In this document: in pieces, positions 1 through 10,699 of the stretch
How the letters are laid out: each line of letters begins with the position of its first letter
How positions within the stretch are numbered: the stretch's first letter is position 1
From: Amphiscolops sp. MND2022
Lineage: Eukaryota
Length of the DNA: 60,000 nucleotides
Reading direction: 5' to 3'
NCBI GenBank assembly: GCA_964187785.1
Contig: OZ076409.1
Location: forward strand, 42,100,001 to 42,160,000
The notes under the pieces: model-generated
The model's input: the letters and a program-made list of their open reading frames with translations, nothing else
What the model was told of the DNA's origin: nothing
Database searches by the model: none
Position numbers and translations under genes: made by a program

Positions 1-3000
1 GGTGTTCTATTGCCTTTGCATTTTCGGGAATACCTGTGTTACGTGCGGTGAGATCTTCAGTGTTGAGCGCGTAGTTGGTCTCGTTTACTTCATGACTTTG
101 GTTGTCTGTGCAGGCTTCATCATCTGCATCGCTATTGATGGAGCTGTAAGTATTCTGAGACGAATCGGAAGTGCTATCCCTTGTCCCGGATCTGATTTTT
201 AGCTCTGAAAATTTTCCTAGTTCTCTTCCAGCGTCGAGACAACTCTGTGCTGACTCTATTTTCGGCAGGTTAGGTTCCTCGTAGATATTGTTAACTGTGA
301 AGTTATTTCCATCGTTTTGTAGGTGAAGAATTTTTCGTTCATCTCCTTTTTCGTACAGGATGGGGTAGAAATCGTTTTTTGACGTTTCTTCGTTTTCTTC
401 GTGTTTTATTTTGTAGTGTATTTGGGTTCCATGCTCGTCGAAGAAGTGAATATCGTTCGGTAGGATTTTGTGACTGAGTTGATGTTTTTTGTGTTCTTCT
501 ATCGATACGTTTCTGCTGAGTATATCAGGGAAGGCTAAATTGCTTCCTGGGGTCCAAATTATCTTGAGATTTGGGAATTTAGAGATTATTACTTGGTACC
601 TGAAGAAACGCGGTGAAACTTGTCCTTTTCGTCCCCAGAGATAAAGAATTGGTTTGTGGTCACAATATAAGTAAATTGGAAAGGGAGATCCAATGATATA
701 GTGTTCGTAGGTTTGTAATGCTGAGACTATTCCACATAGTTCTCTATGTAGAGTAGACATTTTTTGTTCTTCTTTTGCGAAGACTCTGGAATTGAAAGAA
801 ATGATCCGTTTCCCTTCTGGAAATTGTTGTATGAGGATACATCCTGTCCCTACGTTGGACGAGTCGACGTGTATATGAAAGGGATATTTTGTTGAAGGTA
901 CCGCAAGAACTGTGTCTTCGCTGATTCTTTTCTTTATTTGTTGGAAGAGGTCTTCATGTTCTTGGTTCCAACAGAAATTTGTATCCTTTTTTGTGAGTTC
1001 GTAAAAGGGTCGACTATCGACGTGAAGGTTCTTGATGTAGCAGCTGTAGAAACCTAAGGCTCCCAAGAAGCTTTTCACTTCGGTTTTGGTTTTTGGTGAT
1101 TTGAGATTATGTAGGTCTCTTACTCGTTTAGCTACGGGTTGTATTCCTTCTGCTGCAATCACATGTCCCAAAAACTTGACTTTCCTCAAGAAGAAGAGTG
1201 TTTTGTCAGGTGCCGCTTTTAGTCCCGCTTTCCGTAGTAGGTTATGGTATTCTTGAATCACTGTGAACATTTCTTGTTTACTTTTCGCTTGCATCAACGT
1301 GTCGTCTATGTAGGTGATTGCTTGTTTCTTTTTAATGAGAGGTTCGAAGTGAATTGTCATCATTCGGCTAAAGAAGCTTGGTAACCCTTTAAGTCCGTAG
1401 AATCCTCTGGTGAAGGTGTATTGTTTCCCGCCTATGATGAAGCTTGTAAGTTTTTGTGTAGGCTCGTCTAATGGGACTTGGTGAAATGCACAGGAGAGAT
1501 CACTTACTGAGAAGATGTTCCCGTTGATTAGTGTCATTATGGTTTGGATCGGTTCTAAGGGCCAGGAGTAGTTTGTTAGATCCGTCACTGAATTTAGGTA
1601 TCTTGCGTCTATGATCAGTTTTACATAGTCGTGTTTTGGTTGTAGTATAATAGGATTTACGAATAAGGATCCCATTTCGTCGTCATCGCCCATCTCTCTG
1701 ATAATATCGGCGTCTTTGAGTTGTGTGAGTAGCTTCTCTAACTTTTCTCTTAGGTGAAGTGGTACTTTGCTGGGTCTCTGTCTCTTCAGGATTGCTCCAG
1801 GTTCGAGTTTGATGTTAAATTTCTGTCTGGTTTTTCCTACGTCGAATTTGTGTTGGGAGTATACATCTCTCGCATCCATTAGTAGGTCTATTAGGAGCAC
1901 AAGTTCCTCGTCAGTAAGGTCTGAGTAGCGAAAGTCGAATTCTTTGATGTATTGCACTGCTTCTTTGTTCTGGTACTGAAGGTAATACTCGATCAGTCTT
2001 TCGTTGTCTTCTTTTTGCCTGAAGATTTTAAATTGCTCATCGCAGGGTGGTTGACAAGACTTTGCGTCACTCGTAAAGTCTGTCTCCAGCTCTCTATGTT
2101 TAAGGTGAAATTGCTCGGAAAATTGTTGTATCTCGTCTTCCAGCGCGTATTCGGGGTCTCCTCTCGTAGTCATAGCATAGACGTCTAGTTCATTTCTTGT
2201 ATAAATTCGGAGTTGTATTTCCGAGTAGGCAAAAACATCTTGAATAATTTGTGTCACATCTTGCCATTGGAAATCTTCTAGTTCTGACGCTTCTCGTAAC
2301 ATAGAAATGGTCTTGATACAATTCATTTTGGCGTGTGCTTTTAGAGTCTTCAGCGTTTGGACTAAGATTTGTGGGTCGATTTTGTCTTTTGATTTAGCTT
2401 TTGTGATTAGGACGTATATGAATCGTTTTAGATTCATGTCCCAGTAAGGTATTGTATCCCCCTTGAGTGGTTTCTGTTTTGCGCAAGATTCTTTTAACAA
2501 GGGTATGTTCGTTAGGATTTCTTTCGAGAAGCCTTTGGCTGGCTTCAGATCTGCCGGGACAAAGATCATGATGGAGTCGGGTCTGCTGAGGATTGTAGTA
2601 GAATTTCCTCCTTCTATTCTGATGCAATCGTTCATATCTTGTGAAGGGATGGTGGAGTGCAACAGGAAACAGTCATTGTATTCTTCGTTTTCGTTTAGGA
2701 TAGCGTAGGCGAGTTCCGTAGGGTTTCTAACTTGGTATTTTGGAATTTCTTGGTCTAATACGTCGAGCAGAGAGTATCCAATAGTTCCTTTTACTAGGGT
2801 GATTGTATGGTTTTTGTTATTTTCCATGACGATTGGCAAAGTCTTCTCAAATCTTGTACAAAGGACATTTATAAAATTTAGTCCTGTAGAGACTGCTTTT
2901 CTGTTGGGTAGGAACGTAGATCCGGGAGGAAAGGAGTTCTTGGGGTTTTCCGGTGCAAATTTGTAACATCTTGTCGTCTTTGGTTCGATATACATTGAGT

Positions 3001-3511
3001 GAGGAATTCGGACTGAGAGTATTTGTGATACGTAGGGGTAACATTTGTTGAGTTGTAGACTGCCATAGCAGAAAGTATTTATAGGTCTTTTGAGTTCTAT
3101 GCCAGGAAGATCAAAGTGTATTTTGTTAACTTGTTCTTGACAGAAGTTCATTCCAAGGAGGTTTTGGGTCTTCATCTCTGTTATCCAGACTGTCAGTGGG
3201 AAGTTATGTTGTCCATCGGAATCGTAGTAGAGTTTGAGGGTGATGTATCCCATCATAGGGATGATCTGCCCAGAGTAGTTCCGTGTTGTGTTGTTACTTC
3301 TGCTGAGTTCGAGGTCTTGTTGAAATTGACAGAGTTCTCTAAAGGTCCTGTAGTTAATGATTGAAGATGTTGCCCCAGTGTCTAGTAGAAATTCGATTTC
3401 TAAGCCACTATCTTTTTGTGAGTCTCCGGCAGCAAAATAATAAAGATTAAGACTAAATTTTAGTGGGGCAGTGCTGCTGTTACGGTTTTTCGGAGACCTT
3501 AATAGTTTAAA
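1..3511 (-). CDS. pol: Gypsy Pol polyprotein (partial): protease, dUTPase-like segment, macrodomain, RT, RNase H, linker
   Basis: Manual translation in one frame: LLDTGATSSII (~3375), NLLGMNF, FYGLKGLPSFF, ITYIDDTL (~1300-1318), IHVDSSNVGTGCIL (~865), RELCGIV, CDHKPI. Absent from the ORF track, consistent with no stop before the window edge. Confidence 0.93.
3405..3511 (-). other. Programmed -1 ribosomal frameshift signal (U UUA AAC plus downstream structure)
   Basis: gag ends CCT TTA AAC TAT TAA; the -1 frame continues into the DTGA protease; a complementary stem starts 6 nt after the heptamer. Confidence 0.85.
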
Positions 3512-4951
3512 GGGCGAATATCGGCGACAGAGTTCACCGAGTAATCTGTTTCGAGAAACTGTACGGTGTTATGTCTTCCCATGTCGTTAGTTCTAGGGAA
3601 CCTTTGTTCGTAAGTTTGAGTGGGGGTGTTTGGTCTTTCGTTTCTGTTTTGTGGTCTATTAAAGACTGAGTTATTCTTTGGTGGAAGAGGCTGTATGTTG
3701 CGGTTGAAGGAGTTAGGCTGGTCTCTGTTGAAGTTGAACGGAGATCTTGCTCTTTGGGGCCCAGGAGAAACACTTCTGGAATTGTTAGAATTGTTTAGAA
3801 AAGGTCTTCTTCCTTCTTGTGAAAATCTTTGGTTACCAGGACTGAATCTTGTATTCATAGGTCGGCGTTCTGGGTTGAAATTTCTTCTTTGTGGTCTATC
3901 ATATTGGTTCCGGGCAGGGTTTGACTGCATGGCTCCAGCAAGTGCTAGTTGATGTGCCACAGCCATATGTTTTCTGATTTCTGAATCGGGTAGTCTAGTT
4001 TGGAATCTAGAACCATGTCCAGGTCCAGTTCTTTTGTTGTAATCGTTGGTGAACGTTATTCGTCTCTCTGGGTTGGATTCATTTTGAACTTTCTTGATTT
4101 CTTCATCTCTCATCTTCTTTCTGCACCAGTTAGGCGTATGCCCATTTGTTCGGCAGTAGCTGCAAAACCTGGTGGCCATTCTACGTCCTGTTGCGTTCGG
4201 ATCAACAGTTTTCTCTATTGCATTGATAGTGTTGTTCGTCTGTTCTTTGATTTGTAGCTTGATTCCTTTGATGTCTTCTCGCAATTCTTGGATGAGTGGG
4301 TCTGCGTGTGATTCTCCACCGGTGAGAGGTAGTTACTGTGTAAGAAAGGTCTTTGTTTATTACAGCTTGAGAGAACTGCTCCCAGGTTGCATTCGGATGA
4401 TCCATTAAGTATTCGTGTGCCTTTTCCCTCAGTTTCGGGGGTCGAAGGCCTCTCAGTGAGTAGTCAATGCACCTCTGTCTTCTTTGTCTGTCTTGTGCTG
4501 CTCTTTCGGCGTCTCTATTGTTCTGTGCGACTCCGGCTAGATCATCTGGCCATCCTTTTCCGACTACTATTTTAATTCTGTGTAGGAAGTTCTTTATTTC
4601 TTCTCCATCTCGTCTGATGACGTGTTCGGCTTCCATTCTGTGTCTAAATTTGTTTCTGCCATCTGCGAATCGCGTTATGAACCTCTCTCTGATTTCTGCC
4701 CAAGTGTTAGCGTCTGTGATGCTGGTCTCGAACCACTCTGCTGCGGGTCCTCTTAATAGTGTAGCAAAATAGGATTTTCTTCTGAAGTTGTAGTCATCAA
4801 GTGCTGGTCCGTTGGCCGGGGTATCACCGTGAGAAAACCGGAACTTCTTTTCAATGAGCTGTATGAATTGTTCAGGATCTTGATCTGGGTCTGTTCCTGT
4901 GAATTGGTCTCGGCCTAGGTCTGGATAAGCCAAGTAATTTTGCGCAGCCAT
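3499..4951 (-). CDS. gag: Gypsy Gag with zinc knuckle, broken by one frameshift near 4325
   Basis: ORFs 4951-4202 and 4284-3499 join at SYTVTTS/LTGGESHAD; retrotransposon gag-like LRGPAAEWF..TWAEIRERF; CSYCRTNGHTPNWC = CX2CX4HX4C. Confidence 0.9.
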
Positions 4952-5966
4952 TGTGAGCTATTGAGGTTATAAAAGATAGAAGATGAAGTAAGGAAAAATA
5001 AGCCAAAGACTCTATGAGGTATGATACTCCTGGTTTTTGAGAGTAACTACAAAGAGCGGAAGAAAAAATTGTTTGTACAATGATTCTAACAGTGATAATT
5101 ATTAGGCAGGTCTGACAAAACATATACTCCGTAACTCGCTGCTAGTAAAAATGAAATTAGCGCATCTCAGCCCAGGATAGGCACATTCCCAGTATTTATT
5201 ACTGAAATTTCAAAATTTTTAGGGGATACTTACAAATCCCGCTTGTGTTACGATTACCGTAAAAAGGGTAGTTCGGAGTATACCAATCCTCCGAGTTAAG
5301 CTTAAAAGATTGGAGAGTACAGTCGGTCCAGTAGGTCTTCAATTCGCTAGACTAGCCTTTCAATGGCCTTTGTACAAGTAGTACTAGAACTAACCAACAG
5401 AGGGAGTCACTCTCGTCCTCAGGATTAAGTGCGCGGGGCCAAGATCACTATCATGCAAACACTCGGGTACTATCACTAGAATACTAGGTTTCCCACTTGG
5501 AATGCTACACAGGTTCCGGGACACCCACTGGGCTCACGGCCTTCAACCAGTCTCCGAGGAGACCTAGGCGGGCTTTTACTTAATGTGTGTCCGTCTGGAC
5601 TTGAGTGAACTTCCCAACTGTAAGTTTAAATTCCGTGTTAGAGGGCAGTTTCATTCTTGTTTAGGACCGAATGTAGTCTAGCATTTCCGTAAAAATAGAT
5701 CAGCGCTAACCTTTTTGTGGATTGAGAGGACTAAGTTGGGTAGAGCACAGTCTCTTCCAACGGCTGTTAAGCTGGAGAGATTCTATTAGAGTATTTACTA
5801 GCAGTTCTGTAATTTATATAGACTAAAGAAGCCACATATTGGGGCAGTAGGAGAAAAAAGAAAATCAGAAGTAAGATTAAGAGAAATAGGTAGTTAACCC
5901 TAACTTCTGAGAGTAGGGATTCGAACAGATTGCTCATTTACTTCTCTATAGTAAGAGAAAAAGGAT

Positions 5967-5984
5967 GCCTCACTGGTCGCACCA
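5967..5984 (-). promoter_or_regulatory. Primer binding site (18 nt)
   Basis: TGGTGCGACCAGTGAGGC, 3 nt inside the LTR end; complement GCCTCAC-TGGTCGC-A-CCA has tRNA 3' end layout. Confidence 0.85.
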
Positions 5985-5987
5985 GTT

Positions 5988-7485
5988 TGTCGCACGCATG
6001 GATAAATTTCAGTTCTGCTATTTTACAGTTTCCTCTTTTAGAGGGGAATTCCAAATTTGTTATCCGTATTAGTCAGCCCAGCTATTACAACATTTGGCAA
6101 AGTGCTTTTCAGACAACTGTTGTTTTATTGAAGTAGAACAAGTAGAAAAGTCTCAATAACTTAATTTTTTTTGTAATACCGAAAAGAAAGTGCCTTGCGT
6201 GTACGTGCGAACAAAGGAACTTGCGTGAGTAAGTGCAAGGCAGTGAATGTAAATGAGCTCTCTGAACTATAGAAAAAAAAAACATATGTTAGCAAACTTG
6301 TTGAATTACATAAAAGAGTTGAACTTCAGACATATCAGTTTTTATTCAACTGTTTACAAGTATTCAGTCAAACTCACCAAATTTATTTGCCAGCAACCGA
6401 AGTAATATCTTAGCTATTTCAATTTAGAGCATAAATTGATGAAGAAATTTAGCATCGAAGGAAATTCATAGTAATTTCCTTTAGTTCGAAGAAAGTTTTT
6501 TTTACGAAAAATCCAGTTTTGGTGTTGTAATAACTTAGACAACACTATTTAATTTTATAGTCTCTACTCCTTTGTTTTAGGAATAGCATTAAGACTTTAG
6601 GAATAGCATCTTTTTTTTGAATATGGGAATGGTAAAGACAAATAAGTTAACAGGGGAAAACCGCAGAATTAAATCAGCAGAATTATTCTAAGATAGAATT
6701 TTAACAACCGCAGAATTAAATCAGCGGAATTATTATAAGATAGAATCCGCAGAATTGAATCAGCGGAATTATTCTAAGATAGAGTTTAGTTAGAAGGAGG
6801 GAGAGTAAAAAATCTCCTCTAAAAGAAAAAATCTAAGATATTTTCGACTCACCCAACTGGAGACCAAGTTGAATTGAAGAGAATTTTCTAAGATAGAAAA
6901 TTCTGTTGGGGAATAGAGAAAAGGAAAAGATAAGTTTTTGCTTGAGGAAAGGGAGAAAAGGAGGAAAGTTTGACTTTATAAGTCTGAGATAAGACAAGTG
7001 CAATGTAAGCAAAGAGAAAGTGGAGAATAAGAGTCGAGGGGGAGAAGGGGGAGAGTAAGTGTAAGAGAAGTAGAGGAATTGATAAGTTGAGGAGAGAGAG
7101 AGAGAGAGCTGTAAGTTGAGCTCAGCCGTCCGGCGGGAATGAATGAATCTCCAGCCTGTGCGCGCGGTATAAAAACAGTTCAGCACAGCTGTTGAAGTGC
7201 CTGGCCGGCATGTGTTGCATGCTACCAATGGTAGCTCAGCTTTAAAATTCAAATATCCGCGGTAAGAAATAGAAATTTTCACTAGTGCAATTCCTTTCCC
7301 GTAGTATTCCATTACTTATTACTCCACTTCGAGGCCGCCGCGTTATGGCCGCCGCCATATTTACTTCAACTTTCCACTCTCCACACAACGTTAGTTCAAG
7401 TTTTATGTTTCTCTTTGCACGTGTTATTTTTTATAATAGAAAGCGCCTTTTGGTGATTCGTTAGAGCGTTAGTCATAGCGCGACA
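5988..7485 (-). repeat. 5' LTR (~1498 bp)
   Basis: TGTCGC...GCGACA inverted termini, one end adjacent to the PBS; second LTR not in window so outer boundary is unconfirmed. Confidence 0.8.
6661..6783. repeat. ~38-bp motif x3 inside the LTR
   Basis: CCGCAGAATTAAATCAGCRGAATTATTCTAAGATAGA-like unit at 6661, ~6708 and ~6747. Confidence 0.9.
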
Positions 7486-7801
7486 ACTCATTCAAAAAAT
7501 AAACCACGGTCAGATTTTTTTTGACCCGGTAATATCTTTTGTATATTTTTTAAAATCCAAAAGATCCATTTCTTTAAATACGTCATTGCATTCATGAATC
7601 AAGTAGAATTTTCAATCTCGAATAACTTTGAAGGTTATCAACGTCCATCAATTTTTGTCCACAGAATCTCAAAATTGATCAATTTTCAGCATGCAACGGT
7701 TGGATGTCTATTATTTCAGAGATGTGTGATATACGAAATCGGTATGTTGAGAAATATGTTTGTTGGGGGTTCGTTCTAAGGTTACGGGAGGGGTCTAAAA
7801 G

Positions 7802-9047
7802 TTATAAGTCTAAATTGGACGAGGCGCTGAAATCAATGGAATGGGCACTCTTCATGTGTCTGCGCACATTTCCCCGGTGGGCAGATGCGAAAGAACAGTG
7901 TTGACAGAGGAATAGAGCCTTCTCACCCACCTCGGACAGTTGTTCTCGAGTCAATCCAGGGTGCGCAGATGCCTGGTGCCTCCGCACATTGCCCTACAAC
8001 ACGAGTCTCTTACGTCATACCATATGAATCATCAAATTAGAGAAAAGATATAACATACGAAATTGTCTTTATGGATGGAGATAGATTTCTGAATATGATA
8101 GAATATTGAGCCCACAATTGATTGCATATTACACATTCTTCTCATTTTGGACACAAGTTAGAGCAACAGAAGGTACTTTCTGCGGCAATTTTTTCGCTAG
8201 AGAGCAATGAAGATGAATCTCTATGAATACACAAATTTTCAAAAAAATTTCACTTGACAAAGCAAAAATTACAGCTACATTAAGCTAATAGTTTCAAATT
8301 AACACCATTTCTACAATAGGCAAATTGGTTTGTGCTAAAGGTTTGCAAAAACTGGATTCGTATGGCATGAATAAAAAGAAAACTCAACGTAAAACTAACC
8401 CTATGAGCTGACTTGAACGTGCATAATGGACATAAATATGTATACTGAGTCAGAATCTTTTGAGGGTCGCTTACATCAACTTGGTCGGTAATTGATTTCT
8501 TCAACCGTTTCTGTTGGTTACATTCAACAGAATTATTCCCTGCAGTGAAATTGTGAGCTTGCTCTAATTGCACTGTGTAACCATTAGGAGCGCTCTTTGG
8601 AGCCATAAAACCATGACTGTGGTCGCTGTACAATGTACCAGGGTTTCCATAATATGGCTGCACAGGTAACTGCGATTGCAGCTTCAGAGGACTTCGAGCC
8701 TGATTTTGATTGCTTGGAAAATTTTGGTTTGGATCAGGCTGTAAGTCGTTTCTTCGACGTTCCTGGGCTGGTTCTTCTTTCAAAGAGCTGGTGTTACAAG
8801 TATACATATCAGTTCGAGGCTGAGTTTCGTTTTTGTAGGTGTGTGCGTTGGTTTGAGGTTGTGGTTTCATTTTGGGGATGTTGACAAACTCGGAAAGCCC
8901 AAACATTTTAGCCAGCTCCTTTTCGTCGTATTCCTGATATGCACTGGGAGCTGCACTCAAGTTAGTGGTCGGTGGTGTCCTTACGGGAACATTCATGTTC
9001 AGATCACCAACATCGGGCTCAGCTTTTATATTTACACCAGCTGCCAT
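7802..9047 (-). CDS. Small C2H2 zinc finger protein (2 fingers, ~279 aa, 2 coding exons)
   Basis: Exons 9047-8400 and 7993-7802; phase-0 GT-AG intron completes CPLCTFKSAHR|GNVRRHQASAH; second finger CQHCSFASAHRGNVRRHMKSAH. Confidence 0.85.
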
Positions 9048-9537
9048 TTATGGTATACAAAAAGTATCTGAAACTTGGCCTGCAATTTTATTTCATTCAA
9101 TGTGTTTACTGTGTCATGATTTTTACTGAAAGCAAACTAAGGTTTGTTGCTTTAATAAAGGACAGCAATCCTTCACACTTGAACACAAGGTAATACTTCA
9201 AGTACAGCATAATGAAATTTTACAGACACTCATTTAAAAGCTCTCAGTGAACGTTAATAATTGAAAAGTTGACACTCGCTCTATTTCTGTCATCTTAATG
9301 GCTGAGAGAATTATCAGAGACGCCTCGCAAAAAGACCAGTTGTTCAGCCTTAAGAAAAAACTTGATTTTAGAGTTTAAATAACATTCCAACTCACGCAGT
9401 CATATTATAGCAAGCGGACAATACGGGACGTGGTATCATTCTATCGAAAGCAAAGGAAATAAAATTTGTCAGAACGCAGAAAAATGTTTAAAATTTTTTT
9501 AAGCTTGCCTTACTATTTCAAAAAATGACTGGTTAGT

Positions 9538-9689
9538 GCAACCTTTACACTCGAACAAATTTCTTAATCCAACACAGGCGAAGCCTTTCAAAAACTTCAA
9601 TGAGGAATTTGTATACAAATTCCTCATTGAAGTTTTTGAAAGGCTTCGCCTGTGTTGGATTAAGAAATTTGTTCGAGTGTAAAGGTTGC
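9538..9689. repeat. Perfect 152-bp palindrome without spacer
   Basis: 76-bp arms are exact reverse complements centred on GTA|TAC (9613/9614). Confidence 0.97.
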
Positions 9690-9911
9690 TATAGCCGCTA
9701 TTTTCACGCTGTAGCGATAAGTATTCCAGTTAGGAAAGGAGAGTGTAATTAGGCCTTCCAATAGCTAGAATTAGCGAAATAGCAAAGCAGTTACTGCTGT
9801 TATGTTTTTGCAATTACTCAACGACAATTAACCCAACACTATTGTCCACATTTTGCAACAACAACAATCACTTCGGCGTTCATTAAAAACCAATTCACTA
9901 ATAGTCTGTTC

Positions 9912-10345
9912 CTGGGGTGTTCAATATTTTATTCGAATATTATTATTGCCTAAAAATGAATTCTTTTTATTTTCAGGGTAGAAAAAATAAATAATTGACT
10001 CATTTTTTTGCTAAAATTATTTCTATTCTCAGCGAAAATGGGTATCAACAAAAACTTAAATTATGCTCTGAATATCACAAACAGACTAAAATTTTTTGTT
10101 AGCCGTCAAAAAAAGTGACTCAAAGTTCACTGGGCTGAGTTTTTTCAACATGGATAACATTTCTCGAACTTAATTGGCTGACGATATGTTAAATTAAACG
10201 CTCTTAGTTTTAGTTATCTCAAGAATAATTATTTTCATTTCAGCAGGTCAAAAATAATTACTTTTATTCATTTGAGTGCAAAAATGAATTTTATTTTATT
10301 TATTATAATTATAATATATTCTTTATTATTTATTGAATACGCCTA
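9912..10345. mobile_element. hAT-type MITE (degenerate)
   Basis: Imperfect TIRs CTGGGGTGTTCAATA / TATTGAATACGCCTA; 8-bp TSD GTCTGTTC / GTCTCTTC; AT-rich interior. Confidence 0.6.
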
Positions 10346-10699
10346 GTCTCTTCATTTTTGTGCTTCAGGATTCGCGTAAGTGGGAAAATATCAAATCGCA
10401 TTTCATTGAAAACAAGACTCTTAGAAAATTCAGAATTCTTTCAGTCCGAGGTCTTAATCATTATAGATTTTAGAAAATATTGCCATTTTTTAAATTAGTA
10501 AACAATGTTAATAAATTCAATTTCATTGCTGAGGAGCACGAGACGTCACCATACATCAGAACTCATGTTGAATAAAACATTTATCAATTTTTGATATCAG
10601 ATTAAATTGACAATAAGTTTAAGAAAACGTCAATTACTCAATTTATAAGTGTATCATATCAAACGCAACCACGATTTCATGTAACAAAATCATTCACAG

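Larger units (their letters stand above)
1..7485 (-). mobile_element. Ty3/Gypsy LTR retrotransposon, 5' portion (integrase and 3' LTR beyond left edge)
   Basis: LTR, PBS, gag with CCHC knuckle, then pol with PR-RT-RNase H and no integrase before RT (Gypsy order). Confidence 0.95.

Noticed and set aside
5900..5930. GTTCGAATCC B-box-like motif in the retrotransposon leader
   Set aside because: No A box or cloverleaf around it
6661..6783. Repeat-spacer-like pattern resembling CRISPR
   Set aside because: Near-tandem units without unique spacers, in eukaryotic LTR context
6833..7312. 159-aa ORF inside the LTR
   Set aside because: Low-complexity CT-rich translation with no domain signal
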